Source: Bacteriovoracaceae bacterium | GTDB lineage: Bacteria; Bdellovibrionota; Bacteriovoracia; Bacteriovoracales; Bacteriovoracaceae | Length of the DNA: 64,000 nucleotides | NCBI GenBank assembly: GCA_965217035.1 | Contig: OZ244226.1 | Coordinates: 974,146 to 1,038,145, forward strand | Direction: 5' to 3' | Shown here: in pieces, positions 1 through 9,537 of the stretch | How the letters are laid out: every line of letters starts with the position of its first letter | Numbering within the stretch: position 1 is the stretch's first letter | Notes under the pieces: model-generated | Seen by the model: only the letters and a program-made list of their open reading frames with translations | Told to the model about the DNA's origin: nothing | Databases searched by the model: none | Made by a program: the position numbers and the translations under genes

Positions 1-1390
1 CTAAAGCTTCAACTGCTTTTTTGATTGGTTCAATTGTCGAATTAACCTGAATATTAATTGTCTCTTCCACTGTAAGAAGAGGATAAAGCATAATCATGAC
101 ATATTTTTTATTATTATAGTTCACGGGATTAATATACATTTGAAAAGATTTCTCTTGTGATGACTTAACTTGAAAAATACCAGCGACATTACCCTCAATC
201 GCCTCTATTACTGGGTCATGACCTTCTAAAAGAAAATTTTCTTTTATCTTGTCCCAATTCATACTCTCTGATGCAAAAGACTCTGCAGTAAAGTTTAACT
301 GCTCTACAAAGTTTTGATTAAACCATTTGAAATTGAGATTCTCATCGAGAAGAATACATGGGAACGGAATCGTTTCTTGAAAGATCCGCCCTAAGCTCAT
401 TCTTCTTTTAACATAATTGTTTAACGTCTGGACAGCATTCTTGAATTCTTCTTCTTTTGAAGTGATAAAACTTAAGTCATCCTTAACAATAATTTTATCA
501 AGAGAAAAAATGATCTCTCTTTGAGACTTTTCATTAAATCCAATAAATATCTTTCTCATTATAAAAAGACAGAGACCTAAAGCAAGTATAAGAATAATAA
601 TACTCAAGCCAAAAAACTGAGCTGATACTTTTCCCACATAGCTAGGAGCCCCCAGATACTGCTGTCCTTTTTTTGACCAAAAATTTGACCAGGCTTCCAA
701 ATTTCTTAGTGTTAATAGATAAGCATTTCTAACCTTTGAAGCCTTTGTATTTTCTTCAATTAATAAATTTGTAAGAATAATAAGATTATCAGTTTTGTCT
801 AAGATTAATTTTTTCTGAGTAATTCCAAGACTTGATTTTTTTGTAACATCTTGAGCGAGAGATAAGTCTTTTAAATTAATTCCTAGAAGATAATTAATAT
901 CTTTCTCAAAACTGAATTGTCTAGGAGAACGAATATTAATTCTATTACTTATTCGAGTTAAAGTTCTCCATTTATTTTTCTTTATATATTTATTGTAAGC
1001 GAGAAAGCTTTCAGTATAATTTTTCCAAATATTTTTATTACTTAGATTGATCTTCGAAATTTCATTTGATAATTTTTTCAGATTTTTAGAACCTTCAAAA
1101 TCATTTTTATAATTTAATTTTTTTGAAAAATATTCAATCTTTTCATCAAGTTCTTGAAAAGTATTAAATCGTTCTGAAACCTTAAAAAGATCAAATTTCT
1201 TAGCACCAATTTTCTTTATTTTCTTTGTTACAATTTTTGAATCATTTAAAATTGAATCTTTAACATCTTGAAAGTTATATATTTGATAATTTTTAAAATA
1301 GAGATAAGTTTGGAACCCAATTGCTGCAACAGTTACAAATAAAAATAATGCTGCAAGAATTCTAAAAGAACGATCATAAACTTTTTTCAT
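1..1390 (-). CDS. Membrane-anchored sensor protein, partial (TM - periplasmic region - TM - PAS-like - HAMP-like); runs off left edge
   Basis: Not in the ORF track (no stop in window). ATG at 1390 with GAGGGG upstream; MKKVYDRSFRILAALFLFVTVAAIG (TM1), a second hydrophobic helix near 560-620, IFQETIPFPCILLDENLNFKWFNQNF (PAS-like), ending IEPIKKAVEAL at the edge. Confidence 0.75.
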   Translation of the reverse strand, partial: MKKVYDRSFRILAALFLFVTVAAIGFQTYLYFKNYQIYNFQDVKDSILNDSKIVTKKIKKIGAKKFDLFKVSERFNTFQELDEKIEYFSKKLNYKNDFEGSKNLKKLSNEISKINLSNKNIWKNYTESFLAYNKYIKKNKWRTLTRISNRINIRSPRQFSFEKDINYLLGINLKDLSLAQDVTKKSSLGITQKKLILDKTDNLIILTNLLIEENTKASKVRNAYLLTLRNLEAWSNFWSKKGQQYLGAPSYVGKVSAQFFGLSIIILILALGLCLFIMRKIFIGFNEKSQREIIFSLDKIIVKDDLSFITSKEEEFKNAVQTLNNYVKRRMSLGRIFQETIPFPCILLDENLNFKWFNQNFVEQLNFTAESFASESMNWDKIKENFLLEGHDPVIEAIEGNVAGIFQVKSSQEKSFQMYINPVNYNNKKYVMIMLYPLLTVEETINIQVNSTIEPIKKAVEAL

Positions 1391-1509
1391 TTTAGTGCCC
1401 CTCGGGCGTAGATAGACTACGCATTCATCTAAGTCATTAATTTAATTATTATAAATAAGGTATGAAATATGAAGTTTTATTATATACCAGAGCCCGAGAG
1501 TCAGTTTTT

Positions 1510-2298
1510 CTAAGCAGCTAAATCTTCATAGTCTCCAAGATCATTTTGAATTTTTGATTTCAATTTCAAGATTGCTTGAGTATGAAGCTGTGAAACTCTT
1601 GATTCAGTTACATCGAGTACCTGACCGATCTCTTTGAGGTTTAGGTCCTCATAATAGTAAAGAGAAAGAACAAGCCTCTGTTTCTCTGGCAAGGCTTTTA
1701 TTCCCTCTTTTATTTTTGTTTGGATATTTTTATAACTAACAGCACTGTATGGATTGAGTCCTGTTCTTCCTTCAGCAAGGTTAATCATGAGTTTTTTATC
1801 ACCTCTGCTGAATGAGTTTGCATCATCAATATTAAGAAGAGAAACAGACTTCGCTTTATTAATCATGTCATGCAAGTCATCCATGCTACAATCAAGCGCA
1901 TTACACATCTCTTCATCCGTTGCTGGTCTTCCAAGCTCGCTCTCAAGCTTAGCGTACGTTCTTTCAAGAATTTTCGCTTTCTCTCTTACAGATCGTGGAA
2001 CCCAATCTTGAGCTCTTAACTCATCTAATATCGCTCCCCTGATTCTAAACTCGGCATAAGTTTTAAACTTATTATCCCTTGAAGAGTCGAATTTATCGAT
2101 AGCATCCATAAGGCCAATAACACCGCATGAAATAAGGTCATCTAGCTCAATACTCGAAGGAAGTCTTGAAGCAATTTTTTGGGCTATAAACTTAACTAAC
2201 GGAGCATACTCAATGATAATCCTATCTTTAACCTCTGGATCTTTTGTATTTCGATAATCTTTGAGTTTTTTAAGTTTTTGCGTTATAACTGACATCAA
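1510..2298 (-). CDS. fliA: Flagellar sigma factor sigma28 FliA
   Basis: DDLISCGVIGLMDAIDKFD, FKTYAEFRIRGAILDELR..DWVPRSVR, LKEIGQVLDVTESRVSQLH; follows flhG. Confidence 0.97.
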   Translation of the reverse strand: MMSVITQKLKKLKDYRNTKDPEVKDRIIIEYAPLVKFIAQKIASRLPSSIELDDLISCGVIGLMDAIDKFDSSRDNKFKTYAEFRIRGAILDELRAQDWVPRSVREKAKILERTYAKLESELGRPATDEEMCNALDCSMDDLHDMINKAKSVSLLNIDDANSFSRGDKKLMINLAEGRTGLNPYSAVSYKNIQTKIKEGIKALPEKQRLVLSLYYYEDLNLKEIGQVLDVTESRVSQLHTQAILKLKSKIQNDLGDYEDLAA

Positions 2299-3188
2299 AT
2301 AGCCCCCAATCCAATTTTTGAAAAGTCGATTTCCTCGTCAGTCTTCTTGGTTGAATCCAATAGACTTGACGGCAGCCTTTCACTAGCCTCAAAGACTATT
2401 TCGTACAAATTTTGAGTGATCCTTAGGCAGTTCTCCTTTAGAGAATTATTTTCCCCAAAGATAAAATCCTGATCAAAGTACTTTGGATTTACGTCAAGAT
2501 AAGGAAGATATCCTAAAAAATAAGCTTCCTCATTCATGAACTTTAAACATGTATTATGAAATGTTTTTGAAACTTTATTGAAAACAGTCTCATCTCTCAC
2601 TTTGTTGAGAACAAAGCGATTAAGATCAGAACCGTATCTTTGAATAAGGATTTTCGTTAACGCATAAGAATCTGCCAACGATGACTTGTCAGGAGTAATC
2701 ATGATAAGCCGAAGATCACAAAAAGCTGCTAAATTTAGAGTTTCTTTAGCTATTCCGGCAGGACAGTCTAGTATAATGAAGTCATAATGTTTTTCACACT
2801 GGTCAACAATATTAATAATCTCATTTTGGATTCTAAACTTTTTATCAAAAACCTCGATATTTCCATTACAAGTCGGAAGTAAATGAAAGTTTTTAATTTT
2901 AACCATGCAATCGTAAAGATTTGCTTCTCTTTCAAGATAAGAAACAAAACGACTTTTTGTATTTGTATTTAATTTAAGTAATGTATTCGAAAGATTATAA
3001 TCACAATCAATAAGAAGAACTTTTTTATTTGATTTTGAAAGATCATTTGCGAGCCTTAAAGAATAAGATGTTTTTCCCACTCCTCCCTTACCGGATAAAA
3101 CTGCAATCGTTTTAACCTTTTGACTAATGATCCTCTGCCCGGTGTCTCGAAATGTATTTAACCAATCCCTGGTTTTGCTCATTCTCAC
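2295..3188 (-). CDS. flhG: MinD-like ATPase FlhG/FleN
   Basis: Deviant Walker A SGKGGVGKT, DFIILDCPAG; located between flhF and fliA. Confidence 0.9.
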   Translation of the reverse strand: MRMSKTRDWLNTFRDTGQRIISQKVKTIAVLSGKGGVGKTSYSLRLANDLSKSNKKVLLIDCDYNLSNTLLKLNTNTKSRFVSYLEREANLYDCMVKIKNFHLLPTCNGNIEVFDKKFRIQNEIINIVDQCEKHYDFIILDCPAGIAKETLNLAAFCDLRLIMITPDKSSLADSYALTKILIQRYGSDLNRFVLNKVRDETVFNKVSKTFHNTCLKFMNEEAYFLGYLPYLDVNPKYFDQDFIFGENNSLKENCLRITQNLYEIVFEASERLPSSLLDSTKKTDEEIDFSKIGLGAI

Positions 3189-3209
3189 TTCCCTGTAAGA
3201 AAAAAATTA

Positions 3210-4565
3210 TTAATCTCTAACGTTAAAAATTTCTGATATTAAATGATCTGCACTTGCTTCTTCGATATCTCTCGGAACAACTCTGCCTACACCAAAGAAG
3301 ATATAAGGCCTCGTCGTCTCATATTGAAGATTAATCAGGTTCGAAAGGTTTAAACACTGATCAAGGTGAGAAACAACTAATCCATCAATAATGCCGGCAT
3401 ACTTATTACACACCTTTCTATTATATAGATTAGAATGGATCGCAGAAAGAGACAGCAAAATTTCCACATCCTTAAAAGAAGTGCGAATTGCTTGAGTAAT
3501 CTTTTTAGTATGGTCTTTCTTGTGATTACAGCAGTTTATATCAATAAAGACTTTTTTACCGAGGTCAATATTTTCTCGCAGTTTACTTATTAATTCTTGA
3601 AGGTTTTTACAGTTTTCAGTTTTGATACCTAACATCGCATTTGAGAAAGTTTGTTTTTCAGCATTCTCTTCAGTGTCGTAAGTCAAAACAATACTATTTT
3701 TAACCATAGAGCTCATTTTAAGACACATCGATGTCTGTCCTGTTGCACCTTCACCAAGAACCATCGTAATCACACCGTGATTCGATACTTCTGCATGGGA
3801 GAAAAGAGCTGGTTTTGTTTTAATAATTTCTCTTATTTCTCGAAAAGTAATATCGTAAAGAAGTTCTTCATCTTCCATTTGCTCAGAACTAAGCTCGATA
3901 TTTGCTTTTCTTAAAACATTCATAATTAAGCTATCAGATAGGTCAAAGGACTTGAGAATATTCTTCAGTTCTCCAGCTTTTGTATCTGGGCTATTCAGTC
4001 TCTTGAACTCATTAAATTGATCCATCATATCACTCATCTCTGAACGAAGTTGATTCAGTTCGAGACTTTGTGAACCAAGCTGACTCTTTAAATCATTATT
4101 TTGAGACTTTAAAGCAGCAACTTGTTCTTGAGATTCATTCATTTGAATTTTCATATCAGCTTGAATTTGAGGTTGAATGTTTTCTTTTGGAGCTTGAGTA
4201 ACTTCTTCTCCCAAAAAGTCACTCAGAGATCCCTCGTTACTTTCAGTCTTAGATGAATCAACTCGATTCACTTTTTTGTTCAAAGAAATATTGCCATAGC
4301 TATTTATTACATTTGAAATATTCTTAGAAGAGCCTGAATAAAAATCAGATTTTTGTTCCTCATCCAATAAGGTGTCAATTTTAGCTTTTTTAGTATAATC
4401 CTCTTCTGAAATCGCAGCTGTAACTTCATATTTTTTTTTCTTCAATGACCCCTTTAGGCCTTTAAAGGAATTCGTTTTAAGTATAATGGCTTCGGGTCCA
4501 AGTTCACTTTTTACTGCTTTTAGAGCTTCGTCTAATGTTTCACCTTCAAATTTTCTAACGTACAT
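3210..4565 (-). CDS. flhF: FlhF, SRP-family GTPase-like, with degenerate G motifs
   Basis: N-terminus MYVRKFEGETLDEALKAVKSELGPEAIIL, C-terminal GRVVPRDIEEA; located between flhA and flhG. Confidence 0.9.
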   Translation of the reverse strand: MYVRKFEGETLDEALKAVKSELGPEAIILKTNSFKGLKGSLKKKKYEVTAAISEEDYTKKAKIDTLLDEEQKSDFYSGSSKNISNVINSYGNISLNKKVNRVDSSKTESNEGSLSDFLGEEVTQAPKENIQPQIQADMKIQMNESQEQVAALKSQNNDLKSQLGSQSLELNQLRSEMSDMMDQFNEFKRLNSPDTKAGELKNILKSFDLSDSLIMNVLRKANIELSSEQMEDEELLYDITFREIREIIKTKPALFSHAEVSNHGVITMVLGEGATGQTSMCLKMSSMVKNSIVLTYDTEENAEKQTFSNAMLGIKTENCKNLQELISKLRENIDLGKKVFIDINCCNHKKDHTKKITQAIRTSFKDVEILLSLSAIHSNLYNRKVCNKYAGIIDGLVVSHLDQCLNLSNLINLQYETTRPYIFFGVGRVVPRDIEEASADHLISEIFNVRD

Positions 4566-4568
4566 TTC

Positions 4569-6644
4569 TTATACCCTCACTGTACCTAATGATCTAATCT
4601 GAACATCAGGGCTGATTTCGTTATGACTGACTACTATTAAATTAGGAATAAACTTCTCTGTTAAGGCCTTGAAATGCCTTCTAATAAGAGGTGAACAAAG
4701 AACAATCATTCTTTCACCAAGGTTTGTTGCCTGTTCGATTCTCTCATTTAAACTCGAAAGTATATTCTGAGTTGTTTTTGCATCAAGATTTAACATGGGG
4801 CCATCTTGAGACTCTGCAATACTTCCAATAATAAGCTCTTCAAGATTTCGATCAAGAGTAAAAAGAGGAATATCTCCTTCTTCACTTTGAATTCTTTGAG
4901 TAATAGATCTTCTTAATGCTTGACGAGCATATTCTGTAAGTTGATCACTCTCTTTAAAACGTGTTCCATGTTCAGCCAATGCTTCTAAAATTGATCTCAT
5001 ATCGCGAATTGAAACATTTTCTTTTAGAAGATTCTGTAAAACCTTTAAAACAGTTCCGAATGGAAGAATCTCTGGGATGAGATCTTCCACAATCTTTGGA
5101 TTCTCTTCTTTTACCTTATCAAGAACTTTAACGAGCTCTTGTCTTCCGAAAAGTTCATAAATATTAGCTTTTAAAATTTCAGTCAAATGTGTTGCGATGA
5201 CAGTTGCCAGATCAACAACCGTATAGCCATTGTACTGAGCTTCATCTTTAAGCTCTTCGTTAACCCATACAGCAGGTAATCCAAAGACAGGTTCGATTGT
5301 TTCTATTCCTTCTACTTTTTCAATAACCGTACCCGGATCCATCGCTAAATATTGTCCAGGAACGAGCTCACCTTTTGCGATTGTAATTCCTTTCACTTTA
5401 AGGACATAGCCACCTGCCTTGAGTTCTAGGTTGTCACGAATACGAACTGACGGGATAATAACTCCCCAATCCGTCACAAATTGTTTTCTAATTTGACTAA
5501 TTCTTTCTAGTAAATCTCCATTCTGAGAAGAATCGACAAGGTTAACAAGTCCATACCCAACTTCAAGTTCTACGAGTTCAAGATTAAGAAGACTCTCAAG
5601 ATCTTCTGATTGGTCTTCTTTTTCTTGATCAGCTTTCTTAGCTTCAAGAATTTGGTCTTCTGCTTTTTTCTTCTCAAGGAAATAGCCACAAAGTGCAATA
5701 GCCCCTCCCATTCCGATGAAAGTGAGAGCAGGAAAATTTGGAACAAGTGAAAAAAGTCCCAAGATCCCACCTGTTATATAAAGAGCTTTCGGTTGAACAC
5801 TGAATTGTTCAAAAACTTGGTTACCAAGAGATGACTTGTCTGTATTTCTTGTTGTAATTAAACCTGCAGCTGTCGAAATAATAAGAGCGGGAATTTGAGC
5901 AACAAGACCATCGCCAATTGTCAGGAGCGTGAAAATCTCTGCGGCGTCAGCAAAACTCATGCTGTTTTGCCCAACTCCGATAATAATTCCACCAATGATA
6001 TTGACGATTGTGATGAAAATACCAGCAATTGCATCACCACGAACAAACTTGGAAGCACCATCCATAGACCCGTAAAAATCAGCCTCTCGAGCAATTTCCT
6101 CTCTTCGGTTCTTAGCTTGTTCTTCATTTATCAACCCCGCATTTAGATCTGCATCAATCGCCATTTGCTTTCCAGGCATTGCATCTAATGTAAAACGGGC
6201 TGCAACCTCTGCAACTCTTCCTGCACCTTTAGTGATTACAATAAAGTTAATTATGACAATGATAATAAAAAGAATAATACCTACTGCATAATTTCCACCG
6301 ACAACATAATTTCCAAAAGAGAAAATAATTTGTCCTGCCGCTGATAAACCACTATCTCCTCCTCTCAGAAGAATATTTTTAGTCGATGCAATATTTAAAG
6401 TAAGGCGAAATAACGTTGCCATCAGCAAAACAGATGGAAAAACAGAGAAATCTAATGGTCTTTTAGCATAAATAGAAAGCAAAAGAATTGTAATCGATAA
6501 GGCTAAAATAAGAGTAATAAAAATATCCATTATGACAGGGGAAACTGGAACAATTATCACTGCAAGAGAGAGTACAAGACCAATTGCTACTGCAAGGTCA
6601 GTATTCTCAGATAAAACTTTAAGTCTTTTAAAAATATTTTCCAT
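4569..6644 (-). CDS. flhA: Flagellar export protein FlhA
   Basis: RVAEVAARFTLDAMPGKQMAIDADL, FYGSMDGASKFVRGDAIAG. Confidence 0.98.
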   Translation of the reverse strand: MENIFKRLKVLSENTDLAVAIGLVLSLAVIIVPVSPVIMDIFITLILALSITILLLSIYAKRPLDFSVFPSVLLMATLFRLTLNIASTKNILLRGGDSGLSAAGQIIFSFGNYVVGGNYAVGIILFIIIVIINFIVITKGAGRVAEVAARFTLDAMPGKQMAIDADLNAGLINEEQAKNRREEIAREADFYGSMDGASKFVRGDAIAGIFITIVNIIGGIIIGVGQNSMSFADAAEIFTLLTIGDGLVAQIPALIISTAAGLITTRNTDKSSLGNQVFEQFSVQPKALYITGGILGLFSLVPNFPALTFIGMGGAIALCGYFLEKKKAEDQILEAKKADQEKEDQSEDLESLLNLELVELEVGYGLVNLVDSSQNGDLLERISQIRKQFVTDWGVIIPSVRIRDNLELKAGGYVLKVKGITIAKGELVPGQYLAMDPGTVIEKVEGIETIEPVFGLPAVWVNEELKDEAQYNGYTVVDLATVIATHLTEILKANIYELFGRQELVKVLDKVKEENPKIVEDLIPEILPFGTVLKVLQNLLKENVSIRDMRSILEALAEHGTRFKESDQLTEYARQALRRSITQRIQSEEGDIPLFTLDRNLEELIIGSIAESQDGPMLNLDAKTTQNILSSLNERIEQATNLGERMIVLCSPLIRRHFKALTEKFIPNLIVVSHNEISPDVQIRSLGTVRV

Positions 6645-6652
6645 AATAACCT

Positions 6653-7738
6653 TTAAGCAACTGCCTTATTGCTTCTTTTCTTTCTATAAACATATGCAAG
6701 GATTTCAGCCACGGCCTTGTAAAGATTTCGTGGAATAAAATCATCTAATTTAACAGTTCCATAAATTGCTCTTGCAAGTGGAACATTTTCAACTAAAGGA
6801 ACATTATTTTCTTTTGCTAATTCTCTAATCCTAAGAGCTAAATGATCAGAGCCTTTTGCTACTACTTTAGGTGCATGCATATTCTCTCGATCATAACGAA
6901 TCGCAATACTAATATGTGTTGGATTAGTAATGATAACATCAGCTTCTCTTACTTCGTTCATCATTCTCTTTCTTGCCATTTCTCTTTGAATTGTTCTAAT
7001 TCTTTGTTTTATCTCAGGATTTCCGTCTTTATCCTTCTGCTCTCTTTTAACTTCTTCTTTCGTCATTTTTAGCTTGATCGAGTATTGATACTTTTCCCAT
7101 GCAAAATCCATGGCAGCCATTATGAGAAGTCCAATGAGAAGAGTAAAAACAAGTTTCACAAAAAGTTGTTTTGTGAAGTCGAGGGCGACATTCATATCAG
7201 AATCAAGAAACCCAATAAAACCTTTAATAAGAGGTTCAACAACCATGTAAGTTAAAGCAATAACAATTGCAAACTTTAATAATCCTTTAAAAGTTTCAAA
7301 AATCATTTTTTTCGAGAAAATTCTCTTTACTCCACTTATAGGATCTACTTTTTTAAAATCCCATTTCAAAACTTCGGTAGAGAAAATAAAACCGAACTGC
7401 ATAACCTGTGTTAGATATGCTAGACAAAGAGAAGTCAAGAATATTGGAGCTACGACCTTTAGAAGAGTGAAAATAGATTCTTTCAAAATAACAAGAACGG
7501 TCTCTCTTTCAAACACTTTAGCAAGCTCAAATTTATAAAGCCAATCAAGATAGCCTTTGATGATATCGAACATATAGGCACTTGATAAAATAAGACAAAA
7601 GAAAATTCCTGCCAGCATTAGAACGCTAGTTAATTCTTTCGAGGAAGCAATTTGTCCCTTACGACGAAACTCATCAATCCGATACTGGGACGGATCTTCT
7701 GTTTTTTCTGCTGGGTCTTTGTTTTCTTCTTCAGCCAT
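6653..7738 (-). CDS. flhB: Flagellar export protein FlhB
   Basis: EKTE N-terminus, NPTH autocleavage motif, PLVENVPLARA. Confidence 0.98.
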   Translation of the reverse strand: MAEEENKDPAEKTEDPSQYRIDEFRRKGQIASSKELTSVLMLAGIFFCLILSSAYMFDIIKGYLDWLYKFELAKVFERETVLVILKESIFTLLKVVAPIFLTSLCLAYLTQVMQFGFIFSTEVLKWDFKKVDPISGVKRIFSKKMIFETFKGLLKFAIVIALTYMVVEPLIKGFIGFLDSDMNVALDFTKQLFVKLVFTLLIGLLIMAAMDFAWEKYQYSIKLKMTKEEVKREQKDKDGNPEIKQRIRTIQREMARKRMMNEVREADVIITNPTHISIAIRYDRENMHAPKVVAKGSDHLALRIRELAKENNVPLVENVPLARAIYGTVKLDDFIPRNLYKAVAEILAYVYRKKRSNKAVA

Positions 7739-7741
7739 ACT

Positions 7742-8521
7742 TTAAATTACGAAATTAAACCAATCTCCAAGTTTTTCCACATACATTTGATAGCTATAAT
7801 AGAAAAACTCCTGTCCTATAAAATAAAAAACCATCAATCCAAAACCAATATTAACAACAAAGCTAATCATGAAAACGTTCATCTGAGGGACAAATCGAGC
7901 CACAATACCAAGCACTGAGTTAATTAAAAGGTTTGTAACAAGAATTGGCATTGACAAGAGTAATGCCATCTTAATTAAATCTTTAAAAAATATATTTAAA
8001 TACTCAAAAGTCTTTGGGGAAACTGCAAACTTATAAAGAGAAAAACTCTCAAAGGAGAGAACAACACCTTTGAAAATGGGAAGAAGTGCGCCCGTTGAAA
8101 TAATCATAATAAGCAATGTCCAGCGAATCATCTGTTCAAGCGGACTAATAGGTGCAGCATAACTTGGGTCAAAGTATGTAATTGTCGAAAAACCAATCTG
8201 TTGAGTGATGAGCGATCCCGCAGAAACAAAGATAGTCATTATCATCTTGGCTAAGTAACCAATCAAAAGACCGCTTATGACATAATAAATTGTTAGATAC
8301 CAAAAGTTTTGCTCTCCTGTATAAGCGATATCTCTCATGATTGCCGATTCCGCAAATGGAAAAAGAGCATAGCTTAGTACAACACAAAATAATCCTTTCA
8401 CCGTACCAGGAATAGCATTTTCACTAAAGATGGGAATAGTGATCAAAATCGCGATCCAACGAGAGAAGCATAGCCAATATGCTAATAATTCACTTGAATC
8501 GAGGATTGATATATTTATCAT
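7742..8521 (-). CDS. fliR: Flagellar export protein FliR
   Basis: Polytopic membrane protein, GIVARFVPQMNVF; synteny. Confidence 0.93.
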   Translation of the reverse strand: MINISILDSSELLAYWLCFSRWIAILITIPIFSENAIPGTVKGLFCVVLSYALFPFAESAIMRDIAYTGEQNFWYLTIYYVISGLLIGYLAKMIMTIFVSAGSLITQQIGFSTITYFDPSYAAPISPLEQMIRWTLLIMIISTGALLPIFKGVVLSFESFSLYKFAVSPKTFEYLNIFFKDLIKMALLLSMPILVTNLLINSVLGIVARFVPQMNVFMISFVVNIGFGLMVFYFIGQEFFYYSYQMYVEKLGDWFNFVI

Positions 8522-8793
8522 TTAACTTTTACCACCTCTGGGATACTAATAAAAAGTTCTTCGGTATAACTTGTCATTGTTTCAATAAGCCATGGTCCAG
8601 AGATAATAATCAAAGCCATAATTGCAACAATCTTTGGAATAAACGCAAGTGTTTGTTCATTGATTTGAGTGACCGCTTGAAATAAAGAAACGGTAATACC
8701 AACAACCATTGCTCCTATAAGCATTGGAGCTGCCAACATCAATGTTACCTTAATTGCTTGTTGTGTTAATTCGATAACTAAATCATTACTCAC
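8518..8793 (-). CDS. fliQ: Flagellar export protein FliQ
   Basis: SLFQAVTQINEQTLAFIPK. Confidence 0.97.
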   Translation of the reverse strand: MSNDLVIELTQQAIKVTLMLAAPMLIGAMVVGITVSLFQAVTQINEQTLAFIPKIVAIMALIIISGPWLIETMTSYTEELFISIPEVVKVK

Positions 8794-8802
8794 GCATTTC
8801 CC

Positions 8803-9537
8803 CTAGTTGAAGGACTTTAAAATTGATCCCGTTACAAGTTGCCATCCATCAACAAGAACGAATAACAATATTTTGAAAGGTAACGAAACGAGTATTGGAG
8901 GTAGCATCATCATCCCCATGGCCATCAAAACTGAGGCAATAACCATATCGAGAATCAGAAAAGGTATATAAAGAAGAAAGCCTATTTGAAAGGCTGTCTT
9001 AAGCTCTGAGATAATAAAAGCTGGAATTAAAAAATGAATAGGTACATCACTAATTGTTTGAGGTAATGTTGTTGAAGTTGCATCATAAAATAACTTGATA
9101 TCATTTTTTCTTACATGCTTACTCATAAATTCTCTTAAAGAATACTCAAGAGTCGAAAGAGCTTGCCCTGTCGTTATCTTTTTTTCTGTATAAGGCTTTA
9201 AAGAATTTTGATAAATCTTCGTCCCAGTAGGCATCATAACAAAGATTGATAAGAACAAAGCAAAACCAATCACGAGTTGATTCGGCGGCATGTTTTGAGT
9301 ACCAACAGCCTGCCTCATAAAGGAAAGAACAACGATAATTCTTGTAAAAGAAGTACAGAGAATAATGATTGCTGGAGCAAGAGTTAGAACAGTAAATAAA
9401 AGAACAACTTGTAGAGTGTCAGCAAAGTCAACGCCTTGACCAAAGTTAATAGAAAGACCGGCAAGGTTTAGATTATTAGCTTGAGCTAATGCCGTTGTAG
9501 GAGATAAAAGGAATAAAGTTTTTAATACTCTTAACAT
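8803..9537 (-). CDS. fliP: Flagellar export protein FliP
   Basis: TSFTRIIVVLS, PPNQ, LIPAFIISELKTAFQIGF, GMMMLPP. Confidence 0.98.
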   Translation of the reverse strand: MLRVLKTLFLLSPTTALAQANNLNLAGLSINFGQGVDFADTLQVVLLFTVLTLAPAIIILCTSFTRIIVVLSFMRQAVGTQNMPPNQLVIGFALFLSIFVMMPTGTKIYQNSLKPYTEKKITTGQALSTLEYSLREFMSKHVRKNDIKLFYDATSTTLPQTISDVPIHFLIPAFIISELKTAFQIGFLLYIPFLILDMVIASVLMAMGMMMLPPILVSLPFKILLFVLVDGWQLVTGSILKSFN

